From NCBI RefSeq assembly GCF_009834535.1, contig NC_045701.1, positions 32,426,001 to 32,490,000 of the forward strand: 64,000 nucleotides of DNA, written 5' to 3'. The position numbers and the translations under genes are program-made. Under the pieces are notes generated by a model. That model was not told where the DNA came from and did no database searches. It saw only the letters and a list, made by a program, of their open reading frames with translations. The DNA is from Camelus ferus (Eukaryota). Positions 50,316-61,689 of the stretch are shown piece after piece (position 1 is the first letter of the stretch; each line of letters starts with the position of its first letter).

Positions 50316-52024
50316 CTAGTGAATGGTACAGCCGCCTCCGGGGTGGGGGGCCCCGCCCGCCCACCGACTCCACCACTCCGCGGCCAGCGGCTCAGAAGAA
50401 GTGGGAATGGCCTCTGGCTCCGAGCAGCTCGGGGCCAGCCGGTCACAGCGAGCCTTGTAGAGGTCGCGCTCCCTGGCCAGGCGGGCNNNNNNNNNNNNNN
50501 NNNNNNNNNNNNNNNNNNNNNNNNNNNNNNNNNNNNNNNNNNNNNNNNNNNNNNNNNNNNNNNNNNNNNNNNNNNNNNNNNNNNNNNNNNNNNNNNNNNN
50601 NNNNNNNNNNNNNNNNNNNNNNNNNNNNNNNNNNNNNNNNNNNNNNNNNNNNNNNNNNNNNNNNNNNNNNNNNNNNNNNNNNNNNNNNNNNNNNNNNNGC
50701 GTCCGAAAACCGCTCCGCCAGCTGCAGAGGGAACGGGCAGGGCCCCCGGTCAGCGCCGGCATTTTGGGGACTCCACGCTAGTGTCGCGTTGCCCTCTGGC
50801 CCCGCCCTCGGGAAGGCTCCGCCTCCGGCTGCCACCTTCACCTGAACGCCCGCCTTCCCCTGAATCCAACCAGCGGTCTAGATCCCGCCCCAGGTCCCAA
50901 CACGCCTCCCCTGCCCCACCCCAACCTCCGCCACGGGTCCTTGCCCTGGGACACGTATCCCCGTACCCTCTCCTAACCACCGTCGGTGGAGCCAATCGCG
51001 CGCCTGAAACCCGCGCCGCCCTGCGCGGTCCTCAGCACCCGCTCCAGGCCCACATGCGTCCAGTGGGCCCGGGCCCAACAGACCCTGACCCTCCGACGCA
51101 CCTCGCTTCTCTGTCCTAAAGGCCGCAACCCTGTGACCCTCAAAGGATTTAGATTACATCTTAATACCCTCAACACCCCCATCTGTGTCTATAACTAATA
51201 GGATGAGTCCCAATCCTTTCTGAGAAGGTTGAGGGCTGGGGAAGCACGGAGTCTTGAAAAGTCTAACCTCATCCTGGTTCCCACAGTCTCAGCTTCGCTC
51301 CATTCCACGCACAACCCTTTCCCCGGTTTCCACAGACAGACTATCTATTTACCACCCGGTAATCAACTGTTCCTGATGCCCTTTAAGTCTCAACTCTCCC
51401 CTTTCTAACCTTATCTTCTCCCCCTCCCTCCTGGTTCAGCCTACTCATTTCTCTCCATTTGGGGGAAAAAAAGGAGGGGCCAGAACATAGTTTTCTCTAT
51501 CTGATATTTTTCAAGGCCCTTCTTCCCTTCCCCTGAACTCTGGCCCTTTCCCAGTCAGAACCCTCTCCAGGGTCTCTCCTTCCTCTCTGGGCTGGCCTCC
51601 TCCTTCACCTGCACTGCCTCAGATCAGCTCACTGATCACTCACCTGGGCATGTTGGGCTCCTGTCTCTTCTGGGCTCCCTGGATAGTAGGTGTGGGAGCC
51701 CTCAACAGGGACTGGGCCCTGACCCTGCAGCAGCTCCACGGCCTCCTCAGGACTCAGCCCCAGTGCCTCCCCAGCCCCCAGCTGCTGCTGCAGGGTGGCC
51801 AGCCAGTACAGCTCCTCCAGGCCTGGCCGGCTGCTGTCGGTGGCCCCCGCCATGCCTGGATCACTGAAGGTAGGTGAAGGAGGCACTGAGCTGTAGGGTG
51901 TGGAGCCCAGTGAGGCTGTGGCGGGGCCAGATCGCCCCTCAGAGGGTTCCCTCTTTACCTCAAACTTCATCAGGTCAAAGTCATTGACATACTCCATGGC
52001 CAGGGGACTGGGAGGGAGTGCCAT
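50316..52024 (-). CDS. NRL: Neural retina leucine zipper (large Maf bZIP, rod photoreceptor determinant), 2 coding exons, bZIP core in an N gap
   Basis: Coding exon 52024-51644 (381 nt): [27 protein letters not shown]...[12 protein letters not shown]...GAQHAQ. Last exon starts at 50721 (LAERFSD), gap 50487-50698, then [17 protein letters not shown]. As sequenced the frame ends at TAG 50318-50316. The ancestral-position TGA (50394-50392) is out of frame. Confidence 0.95.
50320..51110. other. NRL: CpG island over the NRL last exon and intron end
   Basis: CpG-dense on both sides of gap 50487-50698. Confidence 0.6.
50487..50698. other. NRL: Assembly gap (212 N) hiding the NRL basic region/leucine zipper
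   Basis: LAERFSD precedes the gap and [10 protein letters not shown] follows it. Confidence 0.95.
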
Positions 52025-53671
52025 TCTGGGGCTGGAATGGGAGGGGTGCACCTGTGAAAAAGAGGAGAGGGTTGGAGCACCGGGAGGCTGCCTGCCAGCC
52101 TCCTTCACCAATACCTGCTTCCCCCAAAGCCCAAGTGCCCTGGAGCCAGAGTTCTGGAAAGCCGGGGTGATGCTGAGGGACAACTTCTCAGATGGCAGGG
52201 GCTCCTGACCAGGGGGCAAGCAGCTTAAAGTTCTGAATGAGGAAGAGGAGAGCACAGCCTCTGGCCCCCTGGTGCCTCTGGGATCTACAAAAAATAAGAA
52301 GACTATAGCAGTACTTCCAACTCTAGTGCTGGAAACTGCTGAGCGGCTCTATCATCTCAAGAGGCATCATTCCATTTCCAAGCAATTAAAAAACATGGCT
52401 TAATTAACTGTGACACAGTATGTGTATATTTCAGGGCAATGGGAAGGCACATATGCCATGAATTTTAATATACGTAGATAACATACTGTTACACCTCTCT
52501 ATCTCTCAGAAATAGATGGAGAGGTATAACATTCTATGCCAATGCCTTGCACAAAGAAGACCCTCAGTGCACATTCATTCTGTGGATTAATCAATCAATG
52601 AATCTCTTTTCTAGGAAAAGAGAAAGGAAAGGAAAAAAGAAAGGTCCCAGAATCAGTTCTAGAAAAATCAGGACTGAGTGGTGACCATCTTCTGCCATTT
52701 TCTCCAAAGTCAGCGTCTCCAAGGGGAACCAACGAAAACTAGTTTTCCTCCTTCTATCCAGGACCTGCCACATTGTGTGAACTTGAGCAGATCACTTTCC
52801 CCTTCCTGACCCCAGTTTCCTCTTCTGTTCAAGGAAGGTAGTTAGACATTAACATATCCCAAAGCGTGTTCTGTGAAACACAAAGTCTGAGAAATATACA
52901 AGGAGGGGGTCTGTGCTCAGATAATTTTGACAAATGCTACCTCCCATCCCCACCTCTTGCAAATTCACAAGGCACGGCAGCATAGTTCTCTGGAGGTCCT
53001 TCAGTAAACCACTTCAGCAGTGTCCCAAACTTATGTCACCCAGGAACTCTCCTCCCTGTTATCAACTGTGGAGCATGTGCCCACTAGAGAAACCTCTGGC
53101 TGGGTGACCTTGGGGATCCTTCCCAGTTTGGGAGTCCCAAGCTGGAACCCAACTCCCAGTTCTAACAGCCTCAGGTGGGGCAAGGCAGGAGGTGCTCATC
53201 CCCAGGGCTTAGAGTTGGCTCCATCTTGATGCCCCAAGACTGAGTAGTCCACTTTCCAACCACATCTCAGGCCCCCAGGTTCTGCCCAGAGAGGCAGGGA
53301 GAAGGGCAAGGCCTCTCTTCCAGTCCCAGCGAAAGGTTATTGCCCTATCTATTGTGCCCCTCACTCTTGAGAGGACAGAGGGGATGAGAACAAAAACACA
53401 GTTAGAAGGGACTGATCTTTGGCAGGGAAGAGATAGTGAGACACAGAGAGAGCTGTCCAGAAAGAATTGGATGAAGAGATAAGTGAGGAGGGCTGTTTAT
53501 CTTCCTGATGTGATAAAAGCGAGGGACAGAAAGCCAGTCAGGGTGGGAGTACAGCAGGAGCAGAAGTGTGAAAATTCCTGAAAACAGATACCAGAAAGCA
53601 GACAGCAGGTGTGGAAGGAAGGAGCTCTAGGTGAGAGGCCCGGCACCCAGATAGGCCTCAGACATACTCAC

Positions 53672-53817
53672 TTTAGGGATAGCAGAGATGATGTGTCCGT
53701 GTCAGAGCCAGGCAGGCACAGCTTCCCCAGAGACTGGAGGCCCCATTGAGCAGGGCCTGGTGCCTCTGTGTTCAGAACAAGGGGCTATGGGCACAGAGCC
53801 CATTCCACACTCTTAAA
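53672..53817 (-). promoter_or_regulatory. NRL: NRL proximal promoter (TTTAAGA) and non-coding exon 1
   Basis: Minus-strand TTTAAGA at 53817-53811 and donor GTGAGT at 53671-53666. Acceptor at 52052 leaves 27 nt of UTR before the ATG. The sequence resembles the human NRL 5'UTR as recalled. TSS is approximate (about 53785). Confidence 0.7.
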
Positions 53818-54470
53818 GGGCCAGCTCTCTGCGGTCATCTGTGGTTCTCAGGCCTCCAGCCAATGAGGTAAGGGGATCATTTGCATATCTCATTGACGGG
53901 TTTGAGGGTAGTGAGAGGAGAGGACAAGTATACGGTTCTCAAGGAAGGGAACAGGGCATCTTCCCCAACAAAGCTCCTCCCTGATTATCTGACTCATTGT
54001 GTTCAGTTCCCCAGTACCGAGAGCTGCATTGGCCCCCACTGTCACCCTCATGTGGACACAACCCTCAGCCACTGGTGACTGAAAGCCTGGGACTGGAAAA
54101 GAGGGCCAGACAAGCTCCCAGAGCCCTTACCCTCCAAGGCTCTGCAGCGCCGTGTCAGTGTTTTGGGGGAGTACAAGTTCTCCCAAGCCCACTTCCACCT
54201 GGCCTCTTGGGTCAGCAAGAATGGGAGAGGCTGAGAACTGGATGGCCCGGCCCCAGGACAGGCAGGCCAGCTCAGGAGCAGAAGGGTGAATGAGGAACCC
54301 TTGCTTCCAAGCCACCTCGGGACACTGAAATCCAATCACCACCAATCCATCCGAGACACTTTTGTACCTGCCCTCATATGCCCTCTGCTTCCCCTCACCT
54401 TTTCCTTGTGTGTGTCTCTGTCCCTCTCTTTTCCTCTCTCACTCATTCTGGTTCCCAGATGGCTGGGGGA

Positions 54471-54495
54471 TGACCTACATTTTCAGCCTAATCCC
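54471..54495. promoter_or_regulatory. NRL: NRL upstream rod enhancer core: RORE next to an OTX2/CRX site
   Basis: TGACCTACATTTT (AAAATGTAGGTCA on the minus strand, ROR element) at 54471-54483 and CTAATCCC (K50 homeodomain consensus) at 54488-54495, about 0.7 kb upstream of the NRL TSS. Confidence 0.75.
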
Positions 54496-54808
54496 CTAAC
54501 ACCTCTTAGAGCTATCAGCCCCAAGTAGAAGTTGGAACAGGGATACTAGGAATTAGCCAAGGAGATGTTTAAACCTGTCTGAAGCTGTTTAAATAAGGTC
54601 TGTACTAGAATAGAACTCCAGGAGTTAAAAGCTATTCCCTTACCTTCTAAGGACATCCAAACACTCCCACGAGGTTAACAGGTCCTCTTTTCCAATTCAG
54701 AGAGAGACTTGGATGTCCATCAGCCCCAAGGAGCATCAGTTGCAGAAATTAACCTGGTCCTAGCCTTAGGTGTTAGTTGAAGAGTTAGTAGATTCAGATG
54801 ATCTAAGA

Positions 54809-54992
54809 CAGTGACCCTCAAACTGTGGTCCCCAGACCAGCAGCATCACCTGGGGATGTGTTAAAAATGCAAATCCCCCAGCCTTACTTCAGTACTACTG
54901 AATCAGTCACTCTGGGGGTGGGACCCCCAATATCTGAGTTTTAATAAGCCCTCCAAGCATTTTTGATGAACACTAAAGTTGGAGGACCCCTG
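54809..54992. mobile_element. MER5A hAT-Charlie MITE
   Basis: cagtgaccctcaaactgtggtccccagaccagcagcatcacctgggg...aaatgcaaat...ttaataagccctccaag...aagttggaggacccctg. Confidence 0.8.
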
Positions 54993-55086
54993 GTCTACAG
55001 AGTGCCTATAGTCAACTCAGCTTCCTTTGTCGATGGGTGGGGGGTAGTCCGTGTACTCTCTCCTACCATGCTCTCTTCACACATAT

Positions 55087-55184
55087 AAGGAGATGTGGGG
55101 GGAGTGGGGTATAGCTTAACGGTAGGGAGTGTGCTTAGTATGTGTGAGGTTCTGGGTTCAATCCCTAGTACCTCCTTAAAAAAA
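55087..55184 (+). mobile_element. tRNA-Ala-derived SINE (older, shorter copy)
   Basis: ggggtatagcttaacggtagggagtgtgcttagtatgtgtgaggttctgggttcaatccctagtacctcc plus A tail. Confidence 0.85.
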
Positions 55185-57302
55185 AATCTAGATCTGAGGC
55201 TATCTCTCTTCCCACACCTAGCCTCCATTTTGTACAGAGGAGACCATTGTCATTATTCAAGTGGAAAGGCTTCTCGGTATGATTGCCTGGATCTAGTGCT
55301 GTTTTGGCAGAAGAATCAAAAACCCCGAGGCCTGAGAACAAGGCCACAAAATGGGACTGTGGATCATGGAGACCGGGAACCCCATACACATGCCCACAGA
55401 ATGTAGTTCTAAGGTAAATACCCAGGAAAGAGATCCCAGAATTTCCCTGGTTGAAGGAAGAGTAACAAGTGTTGACTGCCACCCCTTTCACAGGCCTGGT
55501 CTGGTCTAGCCAGACACCTGCCCCCCAGAAGCTGTCAGGTCTGCGCTGATCCTCTTGTTTACTGGAGCGCTCAGAGGAGAGGTGGGAGGGCTAAGCTGCT
55601 AACGGGCTCAAGGAGTCAGACTAAACAAGCTCAGGGGAGCTGAGCCGCTTGGGGCTCAGACCAGGCGCCACTGACCAGGGAAAGGAGTCTAGGAGGTGAG
55701 GGCTGGGCCAGAGGAAAGGACCAAGGGCACAGAGAGGAGAGACTGCAGCATCAGTGGGGACCCAGGAGGTGGTTAATGGGTTCTCTTGGCAGGAGAGGGG
55801 AGACACACTGAGACTGACTGGCCCATGGACATCTGGGGACAGGGAAATGGGGATGAAAAAGATGAAACCAGGTGGACCCTGGGGAGGACAGAACAGAGAA
55901 AGGGAGGCAGAAGACTTAGCTAAGGAGGCAGTAGGTGTAAACCTAGGGGAGAGGGCAGAACTAGTCAGGGGGTCCCCAGGGATTTGGCCTGAAGGAGACA
56001 GAGGCACATAAGCATGTGGAAGAGACAGGCAAAAGCCCATAGGGAGCTAAGAGTGAGGGGAAGGGGACCAAGCAGGGAGGAAGGGGTGATGAGAGGAAGG
56101 GATTAGAAGAGCAAATGTGGTAGAAGAAGGGACAGAGGAAAGTAAGACTGGGGACTGAGAACTAGAAACAAATACAGAGGAACAGGCAGATGATCAGGCC
56201 ACAGAGAAAGAGCAGTGGACAAAGGACAAAAAGGTAGAAAGATACGGACAGAGGGATGTTGGACCATGGGGAGAGAGGGCCAGGCAGGCAAATAGCCTGG
56301 AGAAGTGCAGTAGAAAACAAAGAGGAAGGAGAGGAGGGGAGTCAGAGTCGATAATCCAGGATTCTGCTCCCCATCTCCTCTGTCCTGTACCCCAATTTTT
56401 GCAGCCCTGTAAGACCCATACTCATCCCTAGTTCTGACTTCTGGTATCTAGATCTTCAGTGATGGATCCAAATTCTCAAACTTCTTCCTGGTCTACCTCG
56501 TATATTCATTTGACAAATATTTATTAAACACCAACTCTGCACTAGACACTATGCTAGGCACTAGGGACACCTTAGTAAATCAGACTGACACCAGCCCTGC
56601 CTTCATGGAGCTTATAGACTGATGAAACAGAAACATGGCCCCTGCCCTGGGCCCTGTGCTTTGGAAGGCTCCACTCTGGCCAGCTGGCTGTGTCCCTTGG
56701 AGTGAGAAGTCCCAGCCTCCTCTGCCTGCACTCCAATCCCCTTCTACACCACACTCCAGACATATAGGAATTCCCTGTCCGAAGGCCTCCCCAGCCTACT
56801 CCTAAGGTCCACTTGGACCTCTCTCCTGGGTTTTCCCTCCCAAGGTTAGATCACACTACTTATATACATACACATCCTTACATCCTTGGCCATCCTTAGG
56901 GTGGCTGTCTTCAGGAGGCTGTGCACAGAATTGGGATGTGTAGACAAGAAGGTCTATATGCATACACATGAGACTCCTCAGAGCAGAAGGTGGTGTCAGA
57001 GGTGGGAAAAGACGTGGGTCCGAGGGCCCGTGGCTGAAAGCTGCCACTCCCTGCATCACCACATTCTGCTGTGGAATCCTGAGGATTCCAAATAAAATCC
57101 AAATCTGAATCCAAGCTTGAACCAAATTCGAGACCATTATGTGTGTATTTGTCAAGGTAGAAGAATAGAACATATATTATTTAATAGTTTGTTAGCTTGA
57201 GTCATACATTTTAAATACTTAAACATAAGGTTTGTAAGCCTCTATTTGTGCTCTTGCCCCGGGCCCTACATATATTAGGGATGGGCTTACATAAAAACAG
57301 AC

Positions 57303-57485
57303 NNNNNNNNNNNNNNNNNNNNNNNNNNNNNNNNNNNNNNNNNNNNNNNNNNNNNNNNNNNNNNNNNNNNNNNNNNNNNNNNNNNNNNNNNNNNNNNNNN
57401 NNNNNNNNNNNNNNNNNNNNNNNNNNNNNNNNNNNNNNNNNNNNNNNNNNNNNNNNNNNNNNNNNNNNNNNNNNNNNNNNNNNNN
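57303..57485. other. Assembly gap (183 N), intergenic
   Basis: Run of N. Confidence 0.95.
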
Positions 57486-57489
57486 CAGA

Positions 57490-58030
57490 CCATTATAAGA
57501 GATGAGTCTTTGAAGGAGAGGGACAGGGTGCTGTGAGACTTTATTTCATGAAGACCTCATCTGATGTGGGGGCAGGGGAGAGGGTGGCATTGCAGCGACA
57601 GCTTGCCTAAGAAAGTTACATTAAACTGAGATTGGTCAGGGGAGTAAGAAGTGACCATGCCTGGAGGTATGGAGAAGATGAGGATTCCAAGCCACAGGAA
57701 TCATACACAAAGGCTCTGGGCAGGGAAGCGGTAGATGTCTTCACGAAACTGAAAAAAAGACCAACATAGCCAGAGAGTAGAAATCAAGGAAAGCGGGAAG
57801 AAAGGCGGTAGGTGAGGGCGGTGAAGTCAGCAGGGGCCAGGTCATGCAGAGCCTCAGAGGCCAAGTTTAGGATGTGGGGTCTACTCTGAGAGCAGGGAGA
57901 AGCTACTGAAGGATTTTCAGCAGGGATGTGGAATTATCAGATTGTGTTTGAAGACACCACTTTGGATCTAGTGAGGAGGGCCAAAATGGAATCAGAGTCA
58001 TATTAGGGGCTTAATGCAGTATCCAAGTTG
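57490..58030. mobile_element. L2 fragment
   Basis: ggccaggtcatgcagagcctc...ctctgagagcagggagaagctactgaaggattttcagcagggatg. Confidence 0.6.
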
Positions 58031-58041
58031 AGTTGGGAAGA

Positions 58042-58453
58042 TATCTTAAGCCGGAAACAAACTCCGAGAGGATAACTTGTGTATGGGTGGTTTGTTGAGG
58101 GGAGTTTTCAAAGTCAGTGAAAGAAGCAGGACTCTGCAGAAGGAAGAACTGAAAAGCATTACAGCTGAAACAGAGGATTCCACTGACCCCATAGAAGCTC
58201 TGGAGCTGGGATGGACCTTCAGAGTGTCCCAAATGGGGGAAAGGGGCCAGGCCTTTGGACTCCTGCATCAACCTGTCATTGGATACAAACTGCCCCGGGA
58301 AAGGGGGGCTGCCTTTGGCAAGACAACACCCTTCAGCTCCAGGTGGTTCTCAGGGAAGTGCTTAGCTGTGAGCCATCAGCAGCCAAACTCAGCAGCTGGG
58401 ACCATGAGTGCTATGATTGTGAAGGGGAATCTGCGGTCACAGCATCCACTGCA
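58042..58453 (-). mobile_element. ERVL LTR (LTR16-like)
   Basis: gaagctctggagctgggatggaccttcagagtgtccc...gctgtgagccatcagcagccaa...acagcatccactgca resembles the reverse complement of LTR16 as recalled. Confidence 0.65.
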
Positions 58454-59249
58454 GAGGGTCTGCAAGACATCCCAGGCCCAGACCCAGAGGGCCCTGGGGA
58501 GGAGAAAATGCAGACCTGGGTGACGCTGGTCACACCCTGCCCCTCTTACTGAATGCAAGTTCATGTGCCTGAAACACAGTGAGGCCAAACAAACCAAAAC
58601 GTCAGAGTGTGAAGCAGAGAAAGTTAAGCAGGGCCAAGCAAAGAGAACAGGTGGCTTGTGCTCAAAGACCCCAAACTCCCCAATGGTTTTCAGGGAGAAG
58701 ATTTTATAGGCAAAATGTGGGATGAGGCTGCAGGGCATGTGAGTTTCTTCTGATTGGTTGGTGAGGTCACAGGACAGTGTTCTAGGAATCTTGCGTTCAG
58801 CCTGAAGTTGCCATCCTCCACCTGGGTGGGGGCCTTAGTTCCCGCAGAACTCAAAGATACCGTGATGTAGATCCCTTGAGGAGGAAGCAGGACCCTGCTT
58901 TATAGCTGCACTGTTGTTTCTTGACTGTTCCTCCTTTGTTTCTGCCTTACCTCCCCTCCCTGATTACTAACTGAATCTGCCCTTTGTGCCCCAGGGGAGG
59001 TCTAGGAGGCTGAAGCCTTTTCTAACAAACAAGAAACAAGAAACGGGGGACACGGAAAGGATCTGTACCTGGGAGGGTCCCACAGGGTTCTGCTCAGTTT
59101 CAATCAGCATCATGATCCTGAAGGGGACATCTGGGCAGCGCACCACGATATCCACCGCAGGAGGTCTGCAAGACATCCAAGGACAGGACCCAGAGGCCCT
59201 GGGGGAGGAGAAAATGCAGACTTAGGCAAGGCTGGTCACACCCTGCCCC
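58413..59249 (+). repeat. Diverged direct repeat of about 135 bp (58413-58543 and 59112-59249) flanking the LTR
   Basis: Shared text ...ggtctgcaagacatcc..gg.c..gacccagagg.ccctggggaggagaaaatgcagac.t.gg...gctggtcacaccctgcccc. Confidence 0.9.
58544..59102 (-). mobile_element. ERV1 solo LTR
   Basis: Minus strand begins TGAAACTGAGCAGAACCCTGTGGG, with CCAAT box at about 58753-58757 and a TATA-like box at about 58703-58708. The other terminus is degenerate (tcttactgaa) and there is no 4-bp TSD. Confidence 0.75.
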
Positions 59250-59429
59250 CTGGTGGTGTGCCTCTGACACTGGGCCAGCTGGTGGGCCAGGCTGCGAGGA
59301 GGGCCAGGGATCTAAACAAAACTATGGGGCAGATAAAGGGAATCAGCAGGGCAAGGAAACCCTCACAGAGCCCCTTGTTCAGTCTGCCTAAAGTTAAGGA
59401 AGAAACGGGGGGGATGGATTAGAAATGAG

Positions 59430-60770
59430 GGATTCATTCATTCTTTCATTCAACCAATGTTGAATAAGTACCTATTAATGGCCAGAGGCTGCTAGGAGCT
59501 CGAATGAAAAGAAGACTAAAATTGGGGTCCTTTTCCCAAGTAGCTAACAAACTAGTGAAGATCACAGAGATACAAAAACAACTATAATAAAGTGTGATTA
59601 ATTCAAAACTATAGGTATGTACACAGTATAGAACTGACACAGATGAGACAGCTGTTAATTCTAAGGGGCACTCTTGACTTTCACATAGGAGGTGATGTTT
59701 GATTTAAATCTGAAGGGCAAAAAAGATTACAGAAGTGCTCTGGAAACTGCAGAGTTTGGTATGTAGGACAGAAGGCAGCAAGTAGGCAAGTGGGGGTGAC
59801 ACCTTGGGGTAAGTAGGAGCCAGATTATGAAGGACATCAGTTGCCACATATGATAGGAAGCCCTGAAGGAATTTTAAGCCTCGGAGTGAAATGATCTAAT
59901 TTTTTTCTTAATGATAAATCAAGGAAACAGTATAGGATTGCAGAGGGGAAAAAAACGTTGGTAATTAGAGTCAGAAAGACTTGGATTCAGATTCCATTTC
60001 TCCTGCTGACCAGCTGTGTGACTTTGAGCACCTCTAAGCCACAGTGTCCACATTGGTAAAATGGCGCTTTTGTGAAACTGAAAGAGATTATGCGTGTAAA
60101 GCTGCTGGCTCAGAGCCTGGCACTTAGTGTCCACACAATAAACATTATCCCTCTCTCTGAATTTTCCAAAGTAAACTTATGTGCAAAGTTCGGAGAATAG
60201 CTTTGTGGGAGGGAGAGGGGGTGGCATTTGGAGAGGTGGGAAGCCAAGACGTTTCTTGGAAGCTATTGCCTGAAGCCAAGTGAGAGCTAAGCCCTGAACT
60301 ATGGCAGTGGCCATTGGGTCAGACACCAATTTAAGAGCTAATTATGAAGTACAAATCCAAAGGTCCTAGTGTCTGATTGTCTATGGAAGATAAGAAAGGA
60401 ATAGTCTAGAGATTCGGGTTCCTCTGGGACAGCTGGCTAGATAGTGGTGCCATTTGCTGAGATAGGGAAACTTGAGAGCAGGTGCAGGATCACAGAAGAA
60501 ATGATGACCTTCGATAGATGGAACAGGATGACACTAGTGTGCACATCTTTAGGCCCAGATGGTGACCAAAGAGGCAGCTGTTTGCAGTAGAGTAGATATG
60601 GACAGAGTCTGGATGTAGGGACTAGAGAGAAGAGTCCCAAATACATACACATGAAGTTGAGCCCAGGATGGAGCCTGGGTGGAAGAGATGAGGGCCAGCA
60701 GCAAGCCCAAGGCTGGAGGCCAGCTCTCCTTTTCCCGTTACGTTCCAGCACAGAACTCTGAGAAGTCTGA
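59430..60770. mobile_element. L2 and MIR fragments
   Basis: attcattcattctttcattcaaccaatgttgaataagtacc (L2 3' end) and ttagagtcagaaagacttggattcagattcc...gctgtgtgactttgagca (MIR). Confidence 0.6.
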
Positions 60771-60779
60771 GAAGTGGGA

Positions 60780-61235
60780 TTGTTTCTGTTACCAATGGCA
60801 GAAATTCACTTAAATTAGCTTCAGCAAAAGAAGAAATTTATTGACTCCTATGCCCAGAATCAGGCATCTGTCACTCTCCAATCCCTCTGCTGGCTTCCTC
60901 TAGTCTGACTTCCGTCTCAGGCAGGTTCCTGCTTTGCAGGACCAAGCTGACACCCAGCAGCATCAGATTTACATTCTACCAGCCCAGCAACCCCTGCAGA
61001 AAGAGAGCTCATTTTGAAAGTTGACAGAAAAAGCCCCAGAGAGGGACTTCATGCCCAATCCTGAATATTCCCAATAGCCATGGCCAGAGCGAAGAACACA
61101 CAAATTGGCCAAGCTGAGAGCCTACCCCAGGAGACCCACACGACCACACAGACTGAGGAGGTGGTTCTCCAAAGAAACATCAGGGTGCAATTACCAGAAA
61201 TGGGAAGCAGATGCTGGGCCAGTGCATACCATAGT
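60780..61235. mobile_element. MaLR LTR (MLT1-like)
   Basis: tgttaccaatggcagaaattcacttaaattagcttcagcaaaagaagaaatttattg...gcagatgctgggc. Confidence 0.55.
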
Positions 61236-61689
61236 CATGTTGAGTCTGAGATGCTATGGCATTTGGGGTGACACCAGTGGTGTTCAGCTTAAGAGAGATG
61301 TCTGGATGGAGACATAACTTGAGAAATTACCTAAGGACGTTAAGGTGGTGGTTGAGTGGGGCAGATGACTTCTTCAGGGGAATATGGAGAGAATGACCAC
61401 AGCAGAGGCCCAAAGAAGACATGCTGGGGTGGAGAGACACCACCACTTCACGGTAAGGCAGAAAATAGCCTTCATCACTAGGAGAAGAAACAAGGATTTG
61501 GGGTTGGGAACTCAGGGGACCTTAGCACTGGGCCCTGGGAAACAGAAGGGCCTGGGCTCACAGTACTCAGGCCCCAGGCAGAAGGGGAAAGGCAATAACC
61601 AGGCCCTGGCTTTTAGGGCCCCTGGCTTTGCGCCTAGTTCCTAGCCTGTTTGCCACCCCAATGTCAGTCGCTATCTCCAGGAGCAAGAG

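Noticed and set aside
50487-50700. 214 nt between NRL LAERFSD and ARLARE (213 expected), implying a frameshift in the bZIP
   Set aside because: 212 of those positions are N, and gap lengths are estimates.
58077-58552. 148-aa and 113-aa ORFs suggesting a duplicated mini-gene (STAEGLQDIPGPDPEGPGEEKMQT)
   Set aside because: They lie in an LTR16-like element and its flank. The repeated peptide only reflects the DNA duplication, and indels between the copies break the frames.
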